From Nitrospirales bacterium (GTDB lineage Bacteria > Nitrospirota > Nitrospiria > Nitrospirales > UBA8639), in assembly GCA_965203295.1 (NCBI GenBank), contig CBDBCZ010000011.1, positions 32,001-96,000 on the forward strand: 64,000 nt of DNA, in the 5' to 3' direction. The notes below the pieces were generated by a model, which saw only the letters and a list, made by a program, of their open reading frames with translations, ran no database searches and was not told the DNA's origin. Position numbers and translations under genes: made by a program. Position 1 is the first letter of the stretch, and every line of letters starts with the position of its first letter. This document shows positions 9,252 to 21,089 of the stretch, one piece after another.

Positions 9252-12200
9252 CTAATCCGAGAGGTGCACAAACACGGTCTCTCTGGGGAAGAGTCCGGCA
9301 TCTCTGAAGCTCATGCTCCGTTGCAGTTGCGAGATGGATCTTCTTGGGAAGTGTGTGACAACCTCGTGCTCAGCAAGGTTGAGGCCCTGGAGCTCAAGGA
9401 ACTGAAACAGCTCCTGTAGGGTGATGGACAGGGTGTGGTTCGCTTTGTGAGAACCGTTATGAGAATGTTAATGCCCCAGTCAGGATGCTGACATATACAG
9501 GACACATGTCCTATAAATAAGTGTTGTTTTAGTATGGCTTATTGTACATGTAAAAGGCTGTTAGGTTAGCCCACTCAAACGAGAAAAAAAAAGATTATTA
9601 GAACACTTCCAGTAATCATAACTAAATGAGGTGAAACAATACATTAACTACACTTGTTTTAGCTTCTACTAAATTGGAATTTTGCTGATGTACTGTATAC
9701 GTGATGTTTTAGTTAACTGAAAACAATTTAACAGGTGAACGCAAAGTGTAGAGATGCTAACACACGATCTTACTTGTACACAACAGGAAGCTCCACCCAC
9801 CAAAATTGCCTACTGATGCACCATAGCATCCATAACTGGGTTGTATAAAACTCCAGAGTTCCTAGCCTGACTTCTGTCAACAGCTAGGTTACCCCTCCAT
9901 ACCTAGGAGCTCACCCCATACGTTTCAAACACCAATAGTCCTGTGCTCTCCCTATAGCCTCGCACCCAGGCCTTCCCTCACAGCTTTTTTTTTTTTTACA
10001 GCCGTGGAAGAAAGCGTCCACGGCCGTGGAAATAACTGTGAGGCAATTTTAGACCTGGGTACGAGGCTAAGGGATCTGGGCACGAGGATAGCGGTCATTT
10101 TAATAGGATGGGTACAGATGGCTATTCACGATTAAGCTGCATGCCCACTGCCAAGGAGGGCGAGAGACTGAGCTATTGGTGCTGACTACCGATCTGTAAT
10201 TTCTTTAGAGGGGTACCTATACCACCTTATTGTGATAATGTGTTCCCTATAGGGCCTAAATGTACCTACTGACCCCTCTCTATTTTCAGAGATTGAATGT
10301 TATAAAGACTACGTGAGGTGATGAGATGAGGTACATGTACACTGTATGTAAGGTGATGGTAGAAAATCATCACACATCATGGTGGTATTTAGAATGAGTT
10401 ATTAATGATGTCATAGTGATGTAATTAGTTTACTAGTACATGTACATGTATATAGGTGCATACCCCCAATTGCATGAGAACACAGCTACCAATGTAGAGG
10501 AAAAGGGTGGGAAATGAACAACATAAATCTGAACAAAACATTTATATCTGTACCTGTATGGGATGGTGGCAGATAAAGGCTTTCTGTAGTCTTGATCCAT
10601 CGGGCAGTCTAATCAAGAGCTGGGTCACGCTCTCCATGCCTATGGCACCAGAGGCTAGCTGATCCTCGGCAGAATCAACGACTACAGCACTCTCTGAGTT
10701 CTCTACTCTGGCCTTCCCCTTGCCCTTGGAAGCGTTACTCCTCCGGCCCTTCTGGGCCCGGGTTTGTCTGGAAAGTGTACTGTCGTCCGTCTGCAACACA
10801 GTTTGCTGAACAGGCTCTAAGTGATCTTCTCGCAGGGCTTTCCTCGGTACATGTAGCTCCACTCCTGAAGCTTTTCTCTTTCTGCTGGGCTTGTCTACCA
10901 CGACCGGTGTAATGTCCACAGTACAGTCCTTGACTCTAATCTGAGGACTCACTTGAGAGTTCACAGCTCCACTCTGATGAACTGCCACGTGCGAACTGCC
11001 TTCGGCTATCCTATTATTACGCATGTTCGTACTCGATAAAACCGTGACACTGTCCGTTTCTTCCCAGCTCTTTGTCTCAAGAGTCCCGCAGTGCGGCACC
11101 ACGCAGCAGGCATCAGACTCCGCCTCCATGTCGCTGCTCCGACAGTAGTACTCGTCTTCGCTGTCGCTGATCGTGAAGGTGAGCGGCTGTGAGGAGCTAG
11201 TGGCCTGGGCCTGCTCTAGGGAGGCCCTGATGGCTGCCTCTAGCTGGGATTCCTCTGACTCGTCCACAAGGGAGGCCTGGGATTAACATTAGTGATTGTG
11301 AAGGAAAGTTAGAACAATCGGTTCCTCCTTTACAGCCCAAGGAACACAAAGTTACATACATGTACCAAAAGTCTTTGTACCTACATTTATACCTATATAC
11401 TTGAGATGACATACCCTTGGGAGTATATTGATTACGTGTCCATGTATTGTTTTTATGAATATCAAATTCTGTGTTATGGGCCTTATTTGGAATTCATGGT
11501 TGGGCCTGCTAGTATTGCAGCTACTTCCGGCAGTGTCTAGGATATCTAAACATATACAATGTACCTACTTCAGCTTCAATCAATCATTGTGTGACAGGCA
11601 GATACACTCAACATGTACATGTACATGATCAACATGTACATGTAAATGTACTTTGTTGGTGGAAAAAACAACAACTAGTAAGTGTATATATAGTTACGTA
11701 GCCATCTGCCTGTCACATAATGGCTTGATTAAAGCGTACTACATGGTGTACATGTAGGTACTGCTAGTGCTGTACTTCTGACAGTGTCCAGGTCTGCACA
11801 GGTACATCTCATCTTATCTTATGTAATGCACGTACAGAGGTTTGCAAGTTGGTTGTCCACAGGAGAAGGCAAATAGGCAGTGGCTCTGAAGTATTTAATT
11901 AGGTTAGGCTGTTAGCCTCGTACCCAGGCCCCACCCACCCTACGAGGCTAGCTAGGTTGTCAGAACCAAAGGCTAAAAACAGTTTGCACCGTTCCTCCCA
12001 TTGAACAAAGAATTTGATTTTGACAAACTTTCACAGATATAGCTTCCTATTTCGTTGTAGCCTCACTCCCAGGCCCGCACCATTTTGGTGACAGTTTGTG
12101 TACCGGAAAGTTGTGTGGGCCTGGGAACAAGATATAATTTTTTTGTTCATCAATCTTCAATACTTACACTGTTGGGTGTCACACCCAAGTCATCGAATGA

Positions 12201-15200
12201 ATTGCTGGCCAGGAATTCATGGACTGTTGAAGGAGAAAAATCAGTGTAATTTATAATCACAAATGCTGAGCGCAGTGGAGCATATCCTACACTGCATACA
12301 TGTATGAGCTCAGAATCTTAGCTCGGGCCACAATGGACCCCAGGGCTCAAAGTAACGTCCCTGTCAGTTAAAGGTATGCCATGTCCGAACTTGTGGTGCA
12401 TGCAAAAAGTGTAGATCTGATCAGTTTATCAAGGAAGGCTTACTACAGCCTTGAGGTTAGTCGAGTTCGGGTAGCCCCTGTAATCATGAACGCTGGAGAT
12501 GGATGGCAGGATCAACACGAACACAAACTCTGCAACACAGCCCATACATGTGTACCTCTCAGCTCTACCGTAATGGCCGATCCTTCGTAATGTTTTGCCA
12601 ACAAGAGACATTACTCTCCCCAAGGCCATTTTTCTGTAGTTTCGATCTCCATGCTATATACATGTATTCTTGTGACTGACTGGCTTGCGAAAAATATGTT
12701 TCCAGAATAACCAGAAAATGGTGCTCCTCCCATTCTGACCCAGTACAACATACACACGCACGCACCTGCAGTTTGGAATTCTGACACAGTTACTCCATTC
12801 CAGCTTGTCATCTTTTCACCTGTACAGGTATACATGTACATGCACGTATACCAAATTGCAATAAGACAATAATGTACATGTAGGAATAAATTATTGTTGA
12901 AGAAGATACCTGTACCTGTTCTGGGGTCAATGATGGCAATGTATGGGTAGGTTTCGACATGATAGAGCTGGCGAAACCTCACTCCATCATCTGTGATCCT
13001 ATAGACCTGGGGAAGAGTCAGAAAAGAATGGTATATTACAAGTAGTCTTCGTTTGCACAACTACGTACTTGGGCTTGTTGAACTCGCTCGCTTTATACAG
13101 ATAGAAATGAAAAGTGTTACCTCTCTGTGATTTGCCATGGAACATTTAGCATCTGCTAATGGCAGTTGTTAGTGCTGCTGACTGAGCCACGTGGAGCTAG
13201 CTCCACATTCAGGCCTCAACTTTGCGTTAAAAATGGACTCCGTCACAGTGGGGGAAAAGTGCATACACCTGTAGTATGTGTGCACGCTACGTTTTTTAGT
13301 AGCCAAGTGACAGATTCTTGCCTGAGCCATGTGGAGGCAGTAACTAACTTAAAGGAGAGACTACCAAAAAATTGCAGGAGAGACTGCAAACAACTGCAAA
13401 ACAACTGTAAAGCTAAGACCAAAGCCTTACTCTTCATAGCCACAGCCTACATGTACACATGACTCCATTTAATGCACATCGACATAGTTTGTCAAGCGTA
13501 CGTAGCAGTTACAGCTGTGTATGGTTTGCACTTACACTATAAAGCCACTAACCTTTGTGTGATAGAGCGCGCTCGAAGTGCTCATTTGAGCCGAGGCCTT
13601 CCATCGGCTGTCAGCGTCCCAACGCATGCAGTGGTCAAAATACCATGGTCCAACATACATTGTAGATAGTAGAGTACCAAGTACTCATATTATAGTGACA
13701 TCACAGTCTTCTCGCGTATGTACTCTCGCACAATCGCGCGTGTGACGTCACATCCGTTACACACTCAAAGACGCATAGATTCACGGAAAGAACTACAAAT
13801 TAAAGTATTGATAGCTTAGCCTAGCCTAGCCTAGCCTAGCCTCCCCTCCCCTCCCCTCCCCTAGCCTCGTTTCCGGGCGCTGAAACATATACAGAGTCTA
13901 CCCTAATACTCTTTCGACCACCATATTTATGATCTGACAACCTGTATGGCATTCGAGCACACTTTATCACAAAGGGGAGTGGCTATATAACCTGTAAGTG
14001 AAACCATGCTCAGCTATAACTGCAACGAACGCTAGACTAAATGTGATGTGCATTAAATGGAGTCAGTGCCTTCGCCTACATAGTCTTGCCTGCAAGACTG
14101 TACATGTACAGTACTAGAGTAGGCTATGACTGTGCAGAACTATAAGCTACAGTCCTAGTGTGCCTATATACATGTACATGCATATTGCTGTGCACTTGTT
14201 TGTAGTCTCCTCTGAGTTATTGCCTCCATGTGGCTCAGGTCGGGATCACACAACTGCCACTGACAGATGCTACATGTAAATATGCACATATAGAGGACAC
14301 CTTTCTATCAGCAATACAAGTGTAGAGTGAGCGACTTCAACAAATACAAGCAGTTGCGCTGGCAAACTTGTACATGTATTTTGTACCAGGCCTTCCCAAA
14401 GGCCTGAGTGGAGGCTCACCCACCTACCACACCCACCTGCAAGAACAGGAAGTGCTCGTTGATGATGTCCTTGATGTTGTGGTTGCTCCAGATGTCCCTG
14501 TTGAGCATCTGAGAGGCAAACTCCTTCGAGTCCTGGAGGTTCACCATCAGCCACTTCTTCTTCAGCTGTCCGGCTGCGCGAGCCTGGGACGGAGCAGAGA
14601 GAGAGAGAGCAAGTAGACACACTCGGGAGCAAAACAAGATGTCTGTTTCACGGGTTCTATACATGTATATATGTGGCAGTTCTTCTGGGTAGAAAATGAA
14701 TGTTATTGGGTTATATCGATCCATTATGTACTTTGACAGCGGGAAACGTGATACTTTACGACGACTATTATTTGAGGTGAGAGATATTGGGTATGCAGCT
14801 AATTTGGCAGGTTTTAATTTAAGCGATTTAAAATGCTGTGCGATACTTTACAATGATTATTATTTGAGGTGAGATCAATAATTTTGCAGTACATGTACGT
14901 GCATTAAATGTATAGTGAGACAGCCGAGTGGGAGGCACAGGCATGTGATGTGTAAACATTTATATTTGTGATAATGCGTATACACAAACGTACATGTAAA
15001 CCTTAGTGTACATAGCTTGGAATAATAACTTGTGCAAGCTCGAAATTTAGCAAATTTTTCCAATTTGCACTAATATATGACATAATAATGGTCACCCTAA
15101 GGTATCTTTGAACTTCTGTTTAGGACGGGGATCATATGCAGTTGTAGTTGCATCGATAGTTGCTGCTTTTAATTACACAGTGCATTTGAGCTCCACACTT

Positions 15201-18200
15201 AACGGAAGTTTACAGATATTGCGTTTGAATGCAGTGACGGAATTGAAAAAGATGACAGATACATGTGTAATTATTTACATGCCACATACATGTATACAAA
15301 AAGTGCCACCAGTTAACAAGTTCCCAGCTCCAATCCGCAGGGTTTTTTACAGAGAGAAACTTTGAAGAGTGGAAAACAGAAATCAAGAAACCATTTTCGT
15401 GTGACTGCTGGTTAATGCATCCCCAGATCAGAGTATTAGCTACACACGTAGCTAATGAACCAGCTAATAGCATATATGTACAGTATGTAATTGCGTGTAG
15501 ACCACGTACATATGTCCAATAGTACAACTGGATTCCCGTGGTTACTACCCCCTGTTGCAAGACTGACAGATGGGAGGGAGGGAGTCAGTCTTGTGTGAAT
15601 GCTCCTCATTGCAAAATGGTGTGGTATGCCAAGTAGGCCCGATGCAGAAGGGGTCAGACAAGCTTTGTGCACACACGTGCACACATATTACATTCCATCA
15701 TTGCGTGCAAACCAAAAAATACTGAGATATGCGACTAAGATATGGAGATACAGCTACTAAGAAACTGCTGTAACTCGCAGGGTTCAATGGGGCTCAATCC
15801 ACAGACTTGCAATAGCAAGTCCTGAGGTTCAGGAGAAGAGTCACAGTCCAGTACACATAACTAGCAGTGCATGAGCATTGCATACATGTACCATGCCATA
15901 TGTCTTACCATCAGAAACCAATTCAGGCTACCCCTAATTCTTCAGCTTTGAGCCACAATCCAGTTGACTTCAAACGCAAACAAGGATCTTCAAGAGAGTT
16001 AGCACAGCATCTACTGTACCAGTGCTGGCTTGTGCACATGACCTTATCCTCCCCTCCCTCTCCCTAGGTCCATTGATCACCAGCAAGCACAATACTTAAA
16101 ATAGTTTATGTTATAGTTAAACCACTCCCTATCACAATGTCACAATAAAAATGAAAAGGACAGTAGAAATATATCAGGGTTTCTCTATATACATGCACAT
16201 ATATGTACATGTAGATGAGCTTGCATGTGTACATGTACTTGGAGGAGCAGGCATACCTCATGGAATGTTCCCTGAAAGAGAATGTCGAAGGGAGGCTTGA
16301 ACAGCTCGGCGAGATTCTTCTTTTTGTCGACACTCCCCGAGCCTCCCGTAGGATCGTGGCCTAACGAGAGAGGAGGGCAATAGCAAGTCACCCGTTCAGT
16401 TTTCTGTCTGCCAGTTTGTCACACATACATGTAGAGTCACACTCTACAGAATACCTGCACCAGCTGTGTAACATTTTTTACAGGCAGCACTACTGTAGGA
16501 GGCCAGCTGTTCAGTTTCGGTGTGTCTGATTGTCACGCAGAGTCAGTCTTCTACAGAACATCTGTACTAGCTGTATTACACACAGTAAAATGACATCAGG
16601 ACTATTAATTCGATGAATCATGGCTGTAGATTGTAAGGATTGACGGCTACATTGTACATACAAAGCTCACTCAGCATGTAAGAGTATATAGGCAGTAAAC
16701 ACACTATATGTAGGTCAGACTCAATCAGTACCTGCAGCCAGGCGGCACTGAGATTAACTGATGCCTAAAGAGTTAGCTAACAATCAATGCAAGCTAGAAG
16801 CTGACACTACTTGGTAGGAGCTAGCAAGACTGGTCCCCATGTGGGGTGTGCCTTAATTAAAGTAAAAGGCATCCCAATCAATACTTTAGCACATTCAGTT
16901 CACATGCACTTCACTCAAATGCTGACATTATGGCTACTACATTGAAACTACTGTGTCCCATGAATTTATTGAATGTGCTGACTCAGGCTCATCCCACACT
17001 AGCATCAGTAGTACAGGGAGAATAGAACATGTAATGATATCCTTGACAACAATCATGTACATGTACATGCATTAGGCTAGCTATGCACTTTGATATATCT
17101 TCTGGCACTACATAACTTAAGCACATCCGGATTTAGATCAGCAAAGGAGAAGAAATGTTGCAGTCGTAGTCTCGGCCCCAGACCCTCCCTGCACTCGCAA
17201 AAAGAAAAAAGTGCTTTCCTTCTGTTTTTTTTTATGAGTGCAGGGAGGGTCTGGGGCCGAGACTATTGCAGTCGCTGTTTCTGCACCCAGTGGAACCCAT
17301 CTTAAAGGACACCCGTGAAATAAGGACACCTCTGTATTATTAATTAAGACACTTTCTATGTCCCAAATATACTATGAATTTACACCTAAAATGAGGACAT
17401 CTCTCTATACAGGACACTTCACCAGGTCCCCAGGGTGTCCACAATACAAGGGTTCCACTGTATATGTACATCCCACATCCAATTACTTGCTAATCTTTTC
17501 GTGTCAAGTGATCATGAGTTCATCACTGCAACAGGTATTAAGAGGAGTAATTACCTGCGGAGTAGTCCTGAAATGGGTCAAACACCGTTCGAGGTAGCCT
17601 TCTTGATCGAAACACTCTCGCTGTAGGGAGGAAGACGATCACAAAATATTTCATTGCCGAGCGTAGCAAGTCCAGTATTCACATGTCGTGGGCTCCAATT
17701 TCAACTAGCATTTGTACTGTACGTATGTTTGTCATATGCTTTAGGGCCCTGCCTGTGGCCCCCCCAGGATCCAAGATGCTAATTAACCCTTGCAGTTACA
17801 TGCTTGCCATCTTCAAAACTCGTGGACAGTCATAGATGATGTGGACTCTTTCGCATATATTTATTTTACCAAGGGAGACTTAAGGACAGAAGTCTGCAAG
17901 TTTGTATACAAATGAAGATACAACTGTAGCTCGGTGTTGCATGAAAAGATTACTGTGTACAGCGGCCGGTATAATGATGAAGAGAGCCTGCAAATGCTGA
18001 TGATGAAGAGAGCCTGCAAATACCGTAGACTCGGGTTATCAAGTGCATGCGCTAGTTGGGACAATAGTAAAAATATATGCGCTACATAACGAAGTGCGCT
18101 ACATAACGTGGGTTAAAGGTTGACCACGCCTAGTTTTCATGACGCCATTACGGCAAAGTTATGGTAGCTATAAAATTGTTGCTGTTACCGGTAGCAGATT

Positions 18201-20873
18201 ACCAGCTACCGATATGGGATCGCAGTTTATCAAAGCGGTCGGCGATGTAACTCGGCGGAGAGCGGTTGGAGATGAAAATCAGCGGAGAGCAGTCTGAGCT
18301 GAGAGCATGCATGCTAGATTAACTCGAATGAGGATCGGTGCATGCTTGCTCCCTCTATAGGCCTTTGACTCAGCTAGCTAGCAACTTGAGGACTGGACAG
18401 TTGCAAAGTGATCCCGAGAAAGTGCTGCTAGCAGTCTCCGTTCGATTTTGTGTGCGGATGCTCCACCCCATATGACGTTTAATTGGAACGTGCGCTTCTT
18501 AACGAGGTTTTTTGCGGCTTTGGGCCAAGAAGCGAGCATGCGCCTGATAGCGTATGTGCGCTACATAACGAAGTGCGCCTGATAACCCGAGTCTACGGTA
18601 CTACAAAACATGTACGGAATAAATAGCTAGTTGACGACTCCAGCAACAATTAGAGCTGTACCTTGTAATTGCTAAATTTTCCTACACCGACTATCGAACG
18701 ATTTAAATTTTCCAGAAAAATGCCTTTTTTTGAGTCTATAGCCTCTGCCAGCCTACTGTACTTTTCTCTTCTGTAAGGGTGTATGCTACTGCAGCAATAA
18801 TAGCAGTCTAAGCTTTGCATTTAGTGTACAAGGTGTTCAGGGAGCCTGCGTAGGCCGCTAGCAACCCGCACCACGCTCAGCCGATGTAGTCTGTCAAGCC
18901 AAAACAAGGCTAAACGTTCAACTTCACTGCACTGGCAGACCCATTACATGTACACGTACATCTACACATGCACATCTGTACAACGTTACAGTCCGTGACA
19001 TATTACACATGTAGATTGGTCTCTGGGACTTAGCGTTCTTGGGCTATCATTCTCGACCTTCGATCTCGGGTTGAATAAACCTCAACATATTGGGTCACTA
19101 CTCCTCCCCAGTAAGTGTACATCCAACTGATGATCCACAAGATGTACAGTACATGTATGTGTATTGCAAACTCAACGCTTTGAAAAGATAAAACGGGACC
19201 CAGCTGGGGATTGAACTCAGGACCTTCTGAATACTACTCAGATGCCCTTACCACTGAGCTACTGGAGCCCCTTGGCAGAGGAGCAGCAGGCAAGCTTTAT
19301 ATAGCCACTAAACCAGCTAGTAGCACTTGCCAGTACGATCCAGCCAATTCCAACTGTAATTACATGTACTCTCTCATTACGCCTCTCCCCCCATCTCCTA
19401 AACACGATAAACGTGCTACACCGAAACTTAGCCTGGGTCAGACTGCCTGTACAGTACATGTATCTGTGTATTGGCAGCGGGTTCAACTCACTGGGGGCAG
19501 CCTCCTCCTCAATCAGCACCCCTCTGGACTGGGGGATGGGGGCTCGCACACCGTGTCTGCAGGGACAGAGTCCATGTCACGGCCACAATACAATACAATG
19601 TATAGGTTAGATTTGTGTCATAGTCAAGTCAATGTAGGTTAGATTTGTGTCATAGTCAAGCCAGTGAAAACACTCAACTGGGCATGCATACCTTGAGATT
19701 GAGGTAAGCATTTGCAAACCACTTATGAACAGTATTTCCAACTTCGTTCAACTTTGTAGGTTTGGAATATTGCCGCTAGTAAAAATTAGCACAGTAGCCT
19801 AAGCTATTACATGTAGCAGGGGGGGGGGGGCTAGTGTGGTAATGTTCTAACTACCAGAATCAAGGGGGGTCACTCCCATACAGTCTACAGTCACAACTGT
19901 GACCGCCATCTGTCAATGGTCAACGGTCAAAATACACTCAACAGTCAACGGAAGGTCGCAGTGTGGAATGGACTGACATGTATGCAAGTACAACAGTCTA
20001 TAGCTTGTCACTCGAGAAGTTTTCGGCTGCAGAGATCAGTAAGCGACTCGGATCGATTGGAAGTTCCTCATACAAATGATGGTCAAAAATTGTAGAACAA
20101 AAAAGTCAATTGCAACAGAAAATCACCATGGTCAACAGCCAAACCGCTGAAAAGAGCTGGTCAAAGCTTTGACCTGTCGTTGCAGCAGTGACTACATAGT
20201 CTATGGGAGTGACCCCCCCCCCATTGGGTATACATGTAACTCGAGCAATAAGCAGAGGGAAGTCACTCCTTTAGTCACAAATGCGACCGCCATTGGTAAA
20301 TGGTCAAAGGTCAAAGCCGCTCAAAAGGGAGTGGTCAACGGACAAAGTGCACTCATAAATATGGTCAACGCTGACAACGGCAGATCACAGTGCGGAATGG
20401 ATGGACTTGTACGCAAGAACAACATTCCGCAGCTACAACAGTAGGGAAAGTCCCTCAAACAAAGGTCAACGGGCGAAAATCAGCAATGTCAACAGTCAAA
20501 CCACTCAAACGAGCTGGTCAATACTTTGACCCGTGGTCACAGTTGTGACTACAGAGCCTATGGGAATGACCCACCATTGAATAAGGAATTATAAAAGTGT
20601 AGCCAAAAATTAAGAAATACATTAAAATTGAGACCACAGTACAGCTTATCCACCCGCTTACATGTCTTCGTAGCTCTTGCCAACACTGGAGGTCGAGGGT
20701 CCCGATTCACCCACAGCTGTTGCCCCAGCGCTCTCGGCACCAGCCGCGACACTTCCCTCCAGGTGCATGTTGATGGCCAGGTCCAGGTTCCCCCCACAGG
20801 CCTCCAGAAGGCGATGGGCCACCTCCGCCGAGGCCCCGGTCACCGATACGAACTGGGCTACCTTCGCATCCAT
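9252..20873 (-). CDS. UBXN7: UBX domain-containing protein 7 (p97/VCP adaptor; UBA-like, UAS, UIM, UBX), 10 coding exons, 559 aa
   Basis: Exons: 20873-20662, 19556-19492 (VRAPIPQ), 17620-17555 (VFDPFQDY), 16360-16257 (LAELFKPP), 14583-14437 (WLMVNLQ..LNRDIWSN), 13006-12916 (YIAIIDPRT), 12819-12766, 12223-12168, 11276-10554 (UIM EESQLEAAIRASL; LLIRLPDG), 9413-9252 (THFPRR..AGLFPRETVFV*). All GT/AG, phases consistent, total 1680 nt. Probable 5'UTR intron 20970-20892. Confidence 0.93.
13039..13811 (-). mobile_element. Non-autonomous Helitron-like element (copy 1) in a UBXN7 intron; inverted partial copy about 13950-14070
   Basis: Colinear with 21913-22673; minus-strand 5' TC start and 3' CTTG end between A and T. 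Confidence 0.65.
17167..17265. mobile_element. 99-bp palindromic AcademH-like micro-MITE
   Basis: TAGTCTCGGCCCCAGACCCTCCCTGCACTC / GAGTGCAGGGAGGGTCTGGGGCCGAGACTA; perfect 9-bp TSD TTGCAGTCG. Confidence 0.85.
18023..18598. mobile_element. Tc1/mariner (pogo-like) MITE
   Basis: TA|CCGTAGACTCGGGTTATCA ... TGATAACCCGAGTCTACGG|TA; subterminal GCGCTACATAACG repeats. Confidence 0.85.
19196..19269 (-). pseudogene. tRNA-like sequence (Thr, AGT anticodon) with stem mismatches: tRNA pseudogene or tRNA-SINE head
   Basis: Minus strand GGCTCCAGTAGCTCAGTGGTAAGGGCATCTGAGTAGTATTCAGAAGGTCCTGAGTTCAATCCCCAGCTGGGTCC. It has an A box, a B box and a TCTGA/TCAGA anticodon stem, with TATATAAA about 30 nt upstream and TTTT just downstream. 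Confidence 0.65.
19864..20575. mobile_element. Two tandem copies of the GGTCACTCCCATAGAC MITE in the intron after UBXN7 coding exon 1
   Basis: TIRs and internal blocks match 3136-3481. Confidence 0.75.
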
Positions 20874-21035
20874 TTACTGATGTCCAGTCAACTGTAGGAA
20901 CCGTTAAAAGAATCTGTTTGGCATAGGCGAATTCAGAGGAGGTGGGCGACTATTAGAAGAATAAACTCACGTGCCTTGGAGGGCAACTGGCGGTAAATTC
21001 AATTTAAGTAACTGCTGATCCCTGCTGCACTAGTA

Positions 21036-21063
21036 TGGTCTCGCGAGCTGGCTTGCGAGACTA
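21036..21063. mobile_element. 28-bp AcademH-like micro-element in the UBXN7 proximal promoter
   Basis: TGGTCTCGCGAGCTGGCTTGCGAGACTA flanked by perfect 9-bp direct repeat GCACTAGTA (21027-21035, 21064-21072). Confidence 0.75.
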
Positions 21064-21089
21064 GCACTAGTAATGCCAGCAAGTTTGTC

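Noticed and set aside
17973..18021. ATGATGA...CTGA resembling C/D snoRNA boxes
   Set aside because: It is a short tandem duplication next to a MITE, antisense to the host intron and too short.
14745..19660. Short local direct repeats (14748/14839; 19597-19660)
   Set aside because: Ordinary slippage-type duplications in introns with no further structure.
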